Translations under genes and position numbers: made by a program
The notes under the pieces: generated by a model
What the model saw: only the letters and a program-made list of their open reading frames with translations
What the model was told of the DNA's origin: nothing
The model's database searches: none
Part shown: positions 19,031 to 28,076 of the stretch, piece after piece
How the letters are laid out: every line of letters starts with the position of its first letter
Numbering within the stretch: position 1 is the stretch's first letter
IMG/VR virus record: IMGVR_UViG_3300032282_004772
Strand: one strand, 5' to 3'
Length of the DNA stretch: 64,000 bases
Source: a virus

Positions 19031-19312
19031 GGTGGTCCCGGGGCGATTCGAACGCCCGACCGACTGCTTAGACATACCACTATGACTTTCGTCACCCTTT
19101 TGGTTTGTGGTCTGGACTATATCATCATCCATTTTTAGGATGCTTCCCCCTTAGTCTCTACACACTTTCCTATTTGATAGGAGTTGGCTCGGTATTACCA
19201 TCAGCATTATCTGTTAAGGTTTCACCGAATTCGAGAAGTTCTATATATGAATTACTTCATATACGCCCCCTTTACTTGAGGCAGTTGCTCTATCCAGCTG
19301 AGCTACAGGACC
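19030..19312 (-). tRNA. tRNA-Arg(TCT) split by a group I intron (exon 1 19312-19279, exon 2 19072-19030)
   Basis: Joining the exons gives the ACTGC-CT-TCT-AA-GCAGT anticodon arm, a normal D arm and T arm, and an encoded CCA. Confidence 0.88.
19073..19278 (-). mobile_element. Group I intron, 206 nt, no ORF, inserted after U33
   Basis: Follows U and ends in G; core elements AATTCGGTGAAACC, AATACCGAGCC, GTAGAGACTA and ATATAGTCC. Confidence 0.88.
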
Positions 19313-19462
19313 ATTTTTTAAATAATTTTATAACACAAATATACTAAAAGAAATATTAAAAATCCAATAAAACTTATTACCCAATAACCAACAATTTTAT
19401 TTGTCGTTTTAACGTTTTCTTCTGAACGTCCTTGCCACTTATCAGGATTCCAATTATCCATT

Positions 19463-19720
19463 TTATTTATATTTTTTTACAATGTTACTAATGATTTGTT
19501 CCTCTTCAGCAGAAATTCGATAATAATTTTCAATTAGAAATATACAATTATCTCTATGATTTTCTTCATGCAAAGACATACGGTCATTTTTTTTAAATTT
19601 GTCCAAATGACCCTCTTCATCAAGAGTATGAATAATTTCTTTTATATCATCAGATTCACACATTGATATAAATTCATTTACTGAAATGTATTCTTCTGTT
19701 TCTATTGTTATGTATGGCAT
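19463..19720 (-). CDS. Hypothetical protein
   Basis: 85-aa ORF between tRNA genes. Confidence 0.6.
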   Translation of the reverse strand: MPYITIETEEYISVNEFISMCESDDIKEIIHTLDEEGHLDKFKKNDRMSLHEENHRDNCIFLIENYYRISAEEEQIISNIVKKYK

Positions 19721-19739
19721 TGTTTTATTTATTTTATTG

Positions 19740-19812
19740 TAGTCCGTACGGGAATCGAACCCGTGTTTCCTCCGTGAAAGGGAGATGTCCTAGACCCCTA
19801 GACGAACGGACC
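19740..19812 (-). tRNA. tRNA-Glu(TTC)
   Basis: GGTCCGT/ACGGACT acceptor, CTTTCAC loop, GGGTTCGATTCCC T-arm. Confidence 0.9.
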
Positions 19813-19818
19813 ATTAAA

Positions 19819-19982
19819 AAATTCGTCTCTAACCTGTCGGTTTAATTTACTTTTTCACCACCAATCGCGATAAAGATGGCCGAAACCGAAAAACTTATAG
19901 GATACATTACCTACCTAAGTTGAGCTAAACCCTCATACCCCATTTTAGACTCGTGCACAAGATTGGAGTTGGGACCGAATTT
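19819..19982 (-). ncRNA. Candidate structured ncRNA between tRNA-Gly and tRNA-Glu
   Basis: GC-richer spacer with no ORF of 60 aa or more contained in it; paired termini and several internal helices. Confidence 0.45.
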
Positions 19983-19984
19983 AG

Positions 19985-20056
19985 AGCGGATAGTCAGAAT
20001 CGAACTGACATCTTCAGATTGGAAGTCTGAAGTAATGGCCGTTATACGATACCCGC
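19985..20056 (-). tRNA. tRNA-Gly(TCC)
   Basis: GCGGGTA/TATCCGC acceptor and TCAGA-CTTCCAA-TCTGA anticodon arm. Confidence 0.9.
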
Positions 20057-20063
20057 ACCTTAC

Positions 20064-20396
20064 TTATTCATCATCGTCTTCGTCATCTTCTTTGGATTCG
20101 TGGAACTCAAGTTCATACGTCTCATCAAGAACTTTGTCCTTACCATAATCGGCATCCATAAGTTGGTCCCACAGATTATCGTAATACTCAGTATCTACCG
20201 AAGCCATAGTCTGAGCATTCTCTTTAACATAATTCTCAATCTCTTCTTTAGACATTCCTTTTAGTTCAGGATGTGTATCTTCATTTACTGTAATCGGACC
20301 CCTCCAACAAACGTAGTAATGACCATCGGCCATATAAACATCAAGAGATACTTTTTCGTCTTTAACTGCACTCATTTTTTTGACTTTTTTTGACAT
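20064..20396 (-). CDS. Hypothetical acidic protein
   Basis: 110-aa ORF. Confidence 0.65.
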   Translation of the reverse strand: MSKKVKKMSAVKDEKVSLDVYMADGHYYVCWRGPITVNEDTHPELKGMSKEEIENYVKENAQTMASVDTEYYDNLWDQLMDADYGKDKVLDETYELEFHESKEDDEDDDE

Positions 20397-20421
20397 GACT
20401 TTTAAGGTTTAAGGTTTTTAG

Positions 20422-20494
20422 TAGCGGGAGAAGGAATCGAACCTCCGACCTCCAGGTTATGAGCCTGGCGAGCTACCTCTGCTACCATCCCGCG
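20422..20494 (-). tRNA. tRNA-Met(CAT), initiator-like
   Basis: Starts CGCGGG with an unpaired C1:U72; anticodon arm CCAGG-CTCATAA-CCTGG. Confidence 0.85.
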
Positions 20495-20674
20495 ATTTTG
20501 TTACACAAAGATAATATGTTTTATCTTAACTATCAAATAAAAAAAATATTTTTTTTCTATTAGATTAAATATACTTTAGGATGAATTTATCTTATTTTTT
20601 AGTATAAAAACAATCTAAAGTAGACTTCATTTGACTATTTTAAGATATTTATAGAATAGAAAAACCGTAAAATT

Positions 20675-20779
20675 ATGAAAACAACAGATAATATGATAGG
20701 TCTTTTGGTACAGGATATTCTATTGGCATCATTACGTGTTCATAAACTGACCTTACGAAGTTTAGATAAACAAAATTAA
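20675..20779 (+). CDS. 34-aa leader / small peptide ORF
   Basis: MKTTDNMIGLLVQDILLASLRVHKLTLRSLDKQN, lying between TATTTATA (20646-20653) and a terminator. Confidence 0.5.
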   Translation: MKTTDNMIGLLVQDILLASLRVHKLTLRSLDKQN

Positions 20780-20793
20780 ATCAACTAATTTAT

Positions 20794-20823
20794 AAAAGGT
20801 CACAAGAAATTGTGACCTTTTTT
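20794..20823 (+). terminator. Intrinsic terminator with an alternative antiterminator pairing
   Basis: AAAAGGTCACAA-GAAA-TTGTGACCTTTTTT; its 5' arm AAGGTCA can instead pair with TGACCTT at 20748-20754. Confidence 0.75.
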
Positions 20824-20857
20824 GATTTTATATAATAAAAATTATATATTTAACCCC

Positions 20858-21352
20858 ATGAACAAAGTATTAGTTTTAAATTATGATTATACCCCACTCA
20901 ATGTGACCTCTTTTACAAAAGGTTTTAAATTGGTTTATAAGGGTAAAGCAGAGGTTCTGAAAGAGTCTGACACTCCCATATATACTGAGTATCAAAAATT
21001 TGTAAGACCTCTTATAATTCGTTTATTAAAGTATGTGAAGTTTCGTATTAAAAGTATTAAAGTTAATCGTTATAGAATTTACAGAAGAGATGGAGGAAAA
21101 TGTGTTTATTGTGGGTCTCAAAAACAATTAACCATTGACCACGTAATTCCTAAATCAAGGGGAGGTAAAAATAGTTGGACAAATCTTGTTACTTGTTGTC
21201 ATAAGTGTAATCTTAATAAAGCAGATAGGACACCATCCGAAGCTAATATGTCATTTATAATTAATCCGTATGAACCTGATATTTTTTCAGATATTCTAAA
21301 TAATTCCATTGAGACTATATGGAAAGAATATAAATTATCGATAGGGATTTGA
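20858..21352 (+). CDS. HNH endonuclease (McrA-like family)
   Basis: VLVLNYDYTPL; RDGGKCVYCG..LTIDHVIPKSRGG..W.NLVTCC..CN..K. Confidence 0.88.
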   Translation: MNKVLVLNYDYTPLNVTSFTKGFKLVYKGKAEVLKESDTPIYTEYQKFVRPLIIRLLKYVKFRIKSIKVNRYRIYRRDGGKCVYCGSQKQLTIDHVIPKSRGGKNSWTNLVTCCHKCNLNKADRTPSEANMSFIINPYEPDIFSDILNNSIETIWKEYKLSIGI

Positions 21353-21437
21353 TTATATATAAAAAATTATATATATTTGTATTGTTGTTCTTTGAAAGAA
21401 ATGCTCGGGTGATGAAATTGGTATACATGAGAGACTT

Positions 21438-22123
21438 TATTCTGTTTCGTTTGTATTTATAAGTATGAATACAAAATATACGAAAGAATCTCTTGAACCT
21501 ATAGTTAAAAGATGTGGCTCAATTAGACAAGTTTTAAAAGAACTTGGACTAAAAGAATCAGGTGGTAACTACAAAAATATCAAAACAAGAATTAAATTGT
21601 TAGATATTGACACATCTCACTTCCACGGCATGTTATGGAATAAAGGTAAAACTTGGTCAAAAACTAAAGACCTTTCGTCCAAATTAGTTGAGTATTCAAC
21701 ATATAGTACAGGATTACCTGTATCAACTTATGTGTTGAAAAATCAACTATTAAAACTTGGTTATAAGGTGCACATTTGTGAAATGTGTAATAATACCAAA
21801 TGGATGGAAAAAAAGATACCTTTAGAACTTCATCATGTAAATGGAAATAGATTCGACAATAGGATTGAAAATATTCAATTATTATGTCCTAATTGTCACG
21901 CTTTGACTGATAACTATAGGGGAAAGAATATGAGTGCTAGATAAGAAATTATCTAAGTAGAATTCCGTAAATTCGGTGAACCCTTTAGACTGGGAACGCC
22001 GAGCCAAGCCTTACAATAAGGAAGGTGTAGAGACTAGACACGGAACATCTAAGTCGAAAGATATGATGAAGGCATAGTCCAGACTACAAACTCAAATGAG
22101 GTGGTGAAAACCATAGTAGTAAG
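21438..22123 (+). mobile_element. Group I intron, 686 nt, inserted after U34, carrying an HNH ORF
   Basis: Core AAATTCGGTGAACCC, AACGCCGAGCC, GTAGAGACTA and CATAGTCC; terminal G at 22123. Confidence 0.88.
21465..21944 (+). CDS. Intron-encoded HNH homing endonuclease
   Basis: CEMC...LELHHVNGNRFDNRIENIQLLCPNCH; own TATTTATA at 21454-21461. Confidence 0.88.
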   Translation: MNTKYTKESLEPIVKRCGSIRQVLKELGLKESGGNYKNIKTRIKLLDIDTSHFHGMLWNKGKTWSKTKDLSSKLVEYSTYSTGLPVSTYVLKNQLLKLGYKVHICEMCNNTKWMEKKIPLELHHVNGNRFDNRIENIQLLCPNCHALTDNYRGKNMSAR

Positions 22124-22183
22124 AAAATCTCTTGGTCATTGCGACCGTGCGGGTTCGACCCCCGCCCCGAGTACCAAAAAAAT

Positions 22184-22262
22184 ACCACAGTGGTGAAATG
22201 GTAGACACGTCAGTTTTAGGAACTGATGCTTTGGCGTAAAGGTTCGAGTCCTTTCTGTGGTA
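22184..22262 (+). tRNA. tRNA-Leu(TAG)
   Basis: ACCACAG/CTGTGGT acceptor, TCAGT-TTTAGGA-ACTGA anticodon arm, short variable arm. Confidence 0.85.
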
Positions 22263-22342
22263 CAAAAAGAAAAAGAGGTCAAAAGACCTCTTTCCACGGG
22301 AAAATTACCCTCCTTTTTTTATTATTTATAATAAACAAGCAT

Positions 22343-23032
22343 CTACGCTTGAATATTCATTGGATTTGAAATCAATGAGGTTTTCATTGAATTTAAATGG
22401 TTGTCGAATTTACCTGACATTTTTTCCACTAAAGGACAAATAATTCCTGAGATTCTTCCTTCAACCTTTTCTGCAAAATCACTATTTCTAATTACATCGT
22501 ATAATGAACCTCTAACAACATCCATAAAATCACCACCCATACCTTTTTCGTATTCTAATTGTCTAAGATACGCTTCGGGAATTGATTCCGCAATCTTTTT
22601 TGTTAAAAATTCACAATCCGAAAATAAACTTGGTACATCTCTTAAATCTGTATTACCCAAAGCGGTAATTAAAAAATTCTTTAAGAAATTATTATCTTCA
22701 ATACCTAATTGTTCTAATATCCATTTAACCCCTTTTTCTTTAAAGAGTTCAATCACAATGTTTGTTGTTCCACCAAATAAATTTCCTAATACAGTGAAAA
22801 CACTTGACACATTTTCTTCAATTATTCTTTTATCAAACCCTTGTTTGTGTAAATAAACCATTTCTGACAATATATTGATAAACACATTGTCCAAATGTTT
22901 TTTTGTCTTCAAAGGAGATGATTCCAAAATAATTCCAAATCTACTTTTTACAATATTATTTTCTTGTAAAAGTTTATCTTTTTTTGTTTTGGTTTCAATA
23001 AGTTTTACTTTTATTCTATTTTCAAGTTTCAT
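22343..23032 (-). CDS. Hypothetical protein
   Basis: 229-aa ORF, last gene of a minus-strand cluster. Confidence 0.7.
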   Translation of the reverse strand: MKLENRIKVKLIETKTKKDKLLQENNIVKSRFGIILESSPLKTKKHLDNVFINILSEMVYLHKQGFDKRIIEENVSSVFTVLGNLFGGTTNIVIELFKEKGVKWILEQLGIEDNNFLKNFLITALGNTDLRDVPSLFSDCEFLTKKIAESIPEAYLRQLEYEKGMGGDFMDVVRGSLYDVIRNSDFAEKVEGRISGIICPLVEKMSGKFDNHLNSMKTSLISNPMNIQA

Positions 23033-23036
23033 AGTA

Positions 23037-24296
23037 TTATCCAGTTTGGTCTGTAGTGTTATCAGTTGAGAAATTAATGTAATACTTTTTAGTCTTACTT
23101 CCCGGTGAACCTAAATCATCTAAAATCTCTTGATATTTTTTGTAAAAAGGTCTCTTTGGGAATTTTTGGTCATTTTTTAATTTTCCGTCTTTAGATTTTC
23201 TTGAACAGAATACAATTGCTTGTTTAAGAGATTTTATCTTATTAGCGTTAAATCTACCTTGTGCGTTTCTATATGCGTCAATATCATTCATGAATTTTTC
23301 ACATTTAGCATAATCAATGTCTTGTCCTTGTAAGAAAGACGCCAATATATTGTCATACGCAGTCATTTCCGCCTCACTTGTCCCTTCTGCCGCCAATCTA
23401 TATAAAGTAATCTTTTCTGTAAATGTAGGTGGATATGAAACAGTTTCCACATCATAAGTACTCTTATCAACAGGGTCTAAAAACGAATTCCATTCAAGGT
23501 CACCAACAGTTCGAGCTTTTTCATTTTTAACCTCGGTTGCATTAGTATTTAAAGCGTCATATTGACTTTTTATTATTGCGTAATCATCATCATAATCTTT
23601 TCCTTTTTTACTATAGTATGAACCTAAATAATATAAAAAGTATTTTAAATTTGAGAAGAAACTACCTCTATATTTGTCTTTAACTTTTGTTATTAAAATA
23701 TTAACCGCATTAGACGCTTCTGTCCCATTTATGTGGTCATAATTAACAAATATATTACCAATACCATATGGCTTAAGATAATTTATTGCAGTTTGAAGTT
23801 CTGTTGCCAATTGACCTGATTGTTGATTCTGATTTTGGTTTTGATTCTGATTTTGGTTTTGATTCTGATTTTGGTTTTGATTTTGGTTTTGATTCTGTGT
23901 TTTAGGAGCAACTAATACTGTTTTTGAAACATCGTTCCCTTGACATTTCCAAGTTCCTGATTCTCCGTTTGATATTGAATATTGCCCATTAGCATTGAAA
24001 TTATATGTTAGACCATTAGATACAAATGTTGCAGTGTCTCCAACTATTTGTACCCCCCCAAAACTTGAAAGACAAGGTGTAAACGCGGCATTAACTCCGC
24101 TTTGATTTCCACCACCTTGATTTCCGCCACCTTGATTTCCACCACCTTGATTTCCGCCACCTTGATTTCCACCACCTTGATTTCCACCACCTTGATTTCC
24201 ACCACCTTGAGCCGGAGGTAATCCGCCACCTTGAGCCGGAGGTAATCCACCTGCGGGAGGTAAATCTTCTTTCAGTATTCTTATATTTTTTTTCAT
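23037..24296 (-). CDS. Hypothetical protein with (GGGNQ)7 and (QN)12 low-complexity tracts
   Basis: Likely start MKKNIRILKE at 24296. Confidence 0.7.
   Translation of the reverse strand: MKKNIRILKEDLPPAGGLPPAQGGGLPPAQGGGNQGGGNQGGGNQGGGNQGGGNQGGGNQGGGNQSGVNAAFTPCLSSFGGVQIVGDTATFVSNGLTYNFNANGQYSISNGESGTWKCQGNDVSKTVLVAPKTQNQNQNQNQNQNQNQNQNQNQNQNQQSGQLATELQTAINYLKPYGIGNIFVNYDHINGTEASNAVNILITKVKDKYRGSFFSNLKYFLYYLGSYYSKKGKDYDDDYAIIKSQYDALNTNATEVKNEKARTVGDLEWNSFLDPVDKSTYDVETVSYPPTFTEKITLYRLAAEGTSEAEMTAYDNILASFLQGQDIDYAKCEKFMNDIDAYRNAQGRFNANKIKSLKQAIVFCSRKSKDGKLKNDQKFPKRPFYKKYQEILDDLGSPGSKTKKYYINFSTDNTTDQTG
23820..23897. repeat. 6-bp-period coding microsatellite encoding about 12 QN units
   Basis: ttttga/ttttgg/ttctga units. 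Confidence 0.85.
24102..24206. repeat. 15-bp tandem repeat x7 encoding GGGNQ
   Basis: TTGATTTCC(A/G)CCACC units. Confidence 0.9.
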
Positions 24297-24315
24297 ATTA
24301 ATTTTTTTATCAAAA

Positions 24316-25710
24316 TTATTCTCTCCAAAATCCATCAGATTCTTTTTTAATTGTTCCTGTCGAGGAACCATTATCGTAATCGTATTTTACTGTTTTATTT
24401 GCCGAATCATAATCTGTAAATTTCAGCTTATCAAGTTGACTCTGACTGAATTTTAAATCTCTTCCATTTGAATCTTTTTGTCTTAAATTTCTTCTAATAT
24501 CATCCGTAACATCTTGTGGGACAGGATTAACTACACCTCCAGGGGACTGAGTTGTGGTAGTAGTTGTTGCACCTCCAGACGACTGAGTTGTGGTAGTAGT
24601 TGTTGAAGGCTCATCATTTACTTCACCTCTAAATTTTTCAACGGATTGTTTTATAGTCTTTATTGATGCACCGACTCTAAATCCTAAAAATTGGAAAATT
24701 GCATATACCGTAGGGAATACCGTATCTAAAGTAGTTGCCCACATAAGAAATTGTACAGTACTTGATATTAATAAATCTATACCAATCCACCAAAGCGCTT
24801 TACCGGCAAATCCTAAATTTTCAAACATAAAATCTTTAATATTTGATATTCTATCAGTAATCTTTGTAATTTGAGCATCTGTTGCACCTTCTTTTTTTAA
24901 CGATGTACGAACCGCTTGTGCTAAAGCTGTTTTCATTTCTGCCGGAGTTGTTAGATTTGCCTTTTCCATCAATCTAACAATTTTTCTTGCCTTGCTACCT
25001 TTAACACCATTTAACTCTAATTGAGCTAAAATTTCTTTTTTATTAAAAACAAATTTTCCGTTATTTTTTGATTCGTTTTCTCTGACTGCGTTTTGTATTA
25101 TATTACCTATCTCATTTGCTTCTTCAGTGGAATTAACCGAAAGTTCGTCACCAATTTTTTCACCTATCTCACTAGATGTTGGTTTACCAATCTGTTCCAA
25201 ATCTCTTTCAACTCCTTTTTCAACAGTAAGACCGTATTCTCTCATAGCCAACGCTTCTTCTCTACTTATAAGGTCAGGAACAATTCCTCTATCCTCTAAG
25301 GCAGTAATAACTTCTTCTGTTGATTTATTTGAATTACTAATAAATCCTTTTATTTTATCATAAAGACCCGGTTTTGATTCTAATTTACTTTGTAAAAACA
25401 TGAATCCTTCTTCCGCGGTCGCTTTCATTTCACTAGGGAAAAGTTTATTGAAAATTTGGGTAATAAATTCGGATTCTTTAGTTGTTAACGATTCGGCTCC
25501 TTTTGATGCTATTTCGCTCATTTTTTCCGCCAATTCATCTGCGTTTCTTACACCAGTGGCTCTCAATTTCTCTAAAACATCATCTAAAGATGTTCCTGTT
25601 TTTTCTAAAAATTCAGTAACTTGTTCAGAGATTAATGGTTTAAATTGGATACCCATTATCTCAGATAATCTAGATAACTCTTCATTAATTATTTTATGAT
25701 TTTTTTTCAT
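24316..25710 (-). CDS. Hypothetical protein with a hydrophobic hairpin (putative virion protein)
   Basis: 464 aa; INEELSRLSEIMG leader, TM-like segments and a Thr-rich linker. Confidence 0.65.
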   Translation of the reverse strand: MKKNHKIINEELSRLSEIMGIQFKPLISEQVTEFLEKTGTSLDDVLEKLRATGVRNADELAEKMSEIASKGAESLTTKESEFITQIFNKLFPSEMKATAEEGFMFLQSKLESKPGLYDKIKGFISNSNKSTEEVITALEDRGIVPDLISREEALAMREYGLTVEKGVERDLEQIGKPTSSEIGEKIGDELSVNSTEEANEIGNIIQNAVRENESKNNGKFVFNKKEILAQLELNGVKGSKARKIVRLMEKANLTTPAEMKTALAQAVRTSLKKEGATDAQITKITDRISNIKDFMFENLGFAGKALWWIGIDLLISSTVQFLMWATTLDTVFPTVYAIFQFLGFRVGASIKTIKQSVEKFRGEVNDEPSTTTTTTQSSGGATTTTTTQSPGGVVNPVPQDVTDDIRRNLRQKDSNGRDLKFSQSQLDKLKFTDYDSANKTVKYDYDNGSSTGTIKKESDGFWRE

Positions 25711-25777
25711 TTTTTTAATTGTTTTTATATAAATACATCTAAACTATAAAATAGTTTGATATTTTTTTTATGTTGAT

Positions 25778-27280
25778 TTAATCCCAATTTTGTTTTTCCC
25801 AACCATCCAATTGTTCTTGAGATACAGTTTTACTTGTATCTACTTTATATATTTTTTCTCTCGCCTTAGATAAATCCTCTATTTTACTCGATTCTTTTAG
25901 TTTTTGAGTATAATCATTAATTATTTCTTCTTGTTTCTTTTTATCTCCGTTAGTATTTTCTAGTTCTTTAATTATATGTTCTATAACTTCAGGATGTTTT
26001 TCAACCTCAATGACTCCAAATTTCTTTGCAATACTCTCGACTAAATTAATTAGTGCAATATCATGTGCAAACACACCTAACGTTTTTGTCAACCATGTTT
26101 TACTTAATAATCCTCCTGTCTTAATTACCGTTCCTTGGGCCGAATTCAAAGATTTTTGCATTACAGTAGATGGTTTTAGTCCTCTTGATTCTAATTTTTG
26201 TGATGCATCTTCAAAAACCTTGACCATCTCTTCTTTAAATTTTTCAGGTTTTATTGATAATATTCTTTTAAATAATTGTTTTTCTTGTTGGGATAATCCG
26301 CCTTCTTTAATCCCCTTTGTCATTAATTGTTCTATTTCTTTCTCACTTTTACCAATTAATTTTTGTCCTAAAGCTGCCACTTCTTTTTCAGTCGCATTTA
26401 TGCCTAATTTAAAATAACTGGCGTGACAAAGAGGTAACACAAATGCAAATAGAAAATCAACTAACGCCCCTTTTTCATCCCCCTCATTAAGTTCTATCAT
26501 GGCCTTTGTTGACCAAACTCCTGCCTCCCCTAAGTAGATTGCTAATGCCCTTGTTGTTACATTGTAATTTAATACAGTAAAAGCTTCCGCCGCCACAAGT
26601 TCAGTCCCAATTAACAAATCGGCAAGTCCTCCGGTTAAAATTCCGGCAATAATTGCACCTCCAATCCATAATAAAAGTTTAAATGCTTCTTCATGGTCTC
26701 TAACAAAATTACCAACCGAACCTCTATCCTCAACATACGCATTTCCTTCGTTATCATAATACCAAGAAAATGACCAAGTATTTGGTTTAGGCATAAGACT
26801 ATAAAAATCTTCCCAAGATTTTATAGACTCCAAATATGAATTTTGATAATTCGCTCTATAAACTTTTCCATCAGATGTTTTAATTTTAACTACTGAATCG
26901 GGTTGAATTAAAAAATGTAAGTCTTTTGGAACCCAAGCGTCAGTTCTATCATTACCTTGCCCACCTTTACTCTTATCTACCCATAACATAAATCCTGGGT
27001 ATGATTTAATATTATATGTTGATGGACTTTCATTTGCAAAAGTAACTTTATCATCATATTTAACCAAAACATTTCCTCCTGATGGTGTCTTTAGTTTAAC
27101 ACTTTGCATAGGATAAGTTTGGGATGCTTGTGCGTCAGTTACAGTAACATCATATTTATTATCAGATTGGGGATTTTGTTCTAATAAATTTTCAGAACGA
27201 GTTTTATCCAAACTATATTCCATTAAAAGTTTGATTCTTTTTAACGACTCTAATCCTTTGTCTATATTATTTTGTTTCAT
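25778..27280 (-). CDS. Hypothetical protein with hydrophobic Gly/Ala helices (putative virion protein)
   Basis: 500 aa; LLLWIGGAIIAGILTGGLADLLIG. Confidence 0.65.
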   Translation of the reverse strand: MKQNNIDKGLESLKRIKLLMEYSLDKTRSENLLEQNPQSDNKYDVTVTDAQASQTYPMQSVKLKTPSGGNVLVKYDDKVTFANESPSTYNIKSYPGFMLWVDKSKGGQGNDRTDAWVPKDLHFLIQPDSVVKIKTSDGKVYRANYQNSYLESIKSWEDFYSLMPKPNTWSFSWYYDNEGNAYVEDRGSVGNFVRDHEEAFKLLLWIGGAIIAGILTGGLADLLIGTELVAAEAFTVLNYNVTTRALAIYLGEAGVWSTKAMIELNEGDEKGALVDFLFAFVLPLCHASYFKLGINATEKEVAALGQKLIGKSEKEIEQLMTKGIKEGGLSQQEKQLFKRILSIKPEKFKEEMVKVFEDASQKLESRGLKPSTVMQKSLNSAQGTVIKTGGLLSKTWLTKTLGVFAHDIALINLVESIAKKFGVIEVEKHPEVIEHIIKELENTNGDKKKQEEIINDYTQKLKESSKIEDLSKAREKIYKVDTSKTVSQEQLDGWEKQNWD

Positions 27281-27519
27281 TATTTTAATTGGTTTGCGGG
27301 ACCGTCTCGTTTGACTCTATCAGGTCTTGGTTCATTTGAAATAGGATTTGCCGGCCCTCTTGTAAGTTTTGCCCCAACAATTTTAGACCATGTGGTTACA
27401 TCGTTTTTTTTACCACCTCCACCTGTTGATGCTGCGTCTTGTTCACCTAATTCTTTTTTAGGTTCTTTAATGGTATATCTTTCCATTAAAGAAATTAAAT
27501 AATCTATGTCTGACTTCAT
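27280..27519 (-). CDS. Hypothetical protein
   Basis: 79 aa with TATTTAT upstream. Confidence 0.6.
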   Translation of the reverse strand: MKSDIDYLISLMERYTIKEPKKELGEQDAASTGGGGKKNDVTTWSKIVGAKLTRGPANPISNEPRPDRVKRDGPANQLK

Positions 27520-27569
27520 TTTTTTAATAAATATTTGTAGTTATAAAAAAATGTATTTATCTTAGCATT

Positions 27570-28076
27570 ATGAAAAAATTATTTATAATCATCATATGTC
27601 TCCTGTTTCTTACTTCTTGTGAAAAGTATGAACAACCTAAATTCCTAACATTGAGTGGAGAATACATCATTGATAAAATAACATACGAAAAAATTGATAA
27701 TTATCCATCTTATAACGACTCAATCTATCAACCAGGTACTGTATACATCAACCACAGCGAAGTCTTTCCTATGGATACAATAAATGTCGGTATTACAAAA
27801 TGGCATTTTGATTATTCAGTAATTTCAATGTGCCCTACACCAACACAAACAGGACAATATATTTGGAACAAACGATATTTTTATAACATCATTAACCATA
27901 ACTCAAATTATGATTTAGGTTATTTAGAATTCATTTGTGAAGGAAGGAGGAGAGTTTTTAAAATATTAGATGATGGCCTTGAAAGCTTAACTTTAAGAAG
28001 TACTGGCGATTGGGGTTATACTGTTTTGGGTTCTGATGTACAGGTTACACTGTATTTAACAAGAATCGGCCCTTAA
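27570..28076 (+). CDS. Putative lipoprotein
   Basis: MKKLFIIIICLLFLTSCEK lipobox. Confidence 0.75.
   Translation: MKKLFIIIICLLFLTSCEKYEQPKFLTLSGEYIIDKITYEKIDNYPSYNDSIYQPGTVYINHSEVFPMDTINVGITKWHFDYSVISMCPTPTQTGQYIWNKRYFYNIINHNSNYDLGYLEFICEGRRRVFKILDDGLESLTLRSTGDWGYTVLGSDVQVTLYLTRIGP

Larger units (their letters stand above)
21403..22176 (+). tRNA. tRNA-Leu(TAA) split by a group I intron (exon 1 21403-21437, exon 2 22124-22176)
   Basis: Spliced AGAGA-CTTAAAA-TCTCT arm, long variable arm, GCTCGGG/CCCGAGT-ACCA; promoter TTTG-N20-TATATTTG at 21348-21379. Confidence 0.9.

Noticed and set aside
19105-19347. 80-aa plus-strand ORF
   Set aside because: Antisense to the group I intron and tRNA-Arg exon 1.
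19963-20148. 61-aa plus-strand ORF
   Set aside because: Antisense to tRNA-Gly and to the end of ORF 20064-20396.
23820-24250. Tandem repeats as a CRISPR array
   Set aside because: The units are contiguous 6- and 15-bp repeats with no unique spacers and encode low-complexity peptide; no cas genes are present.
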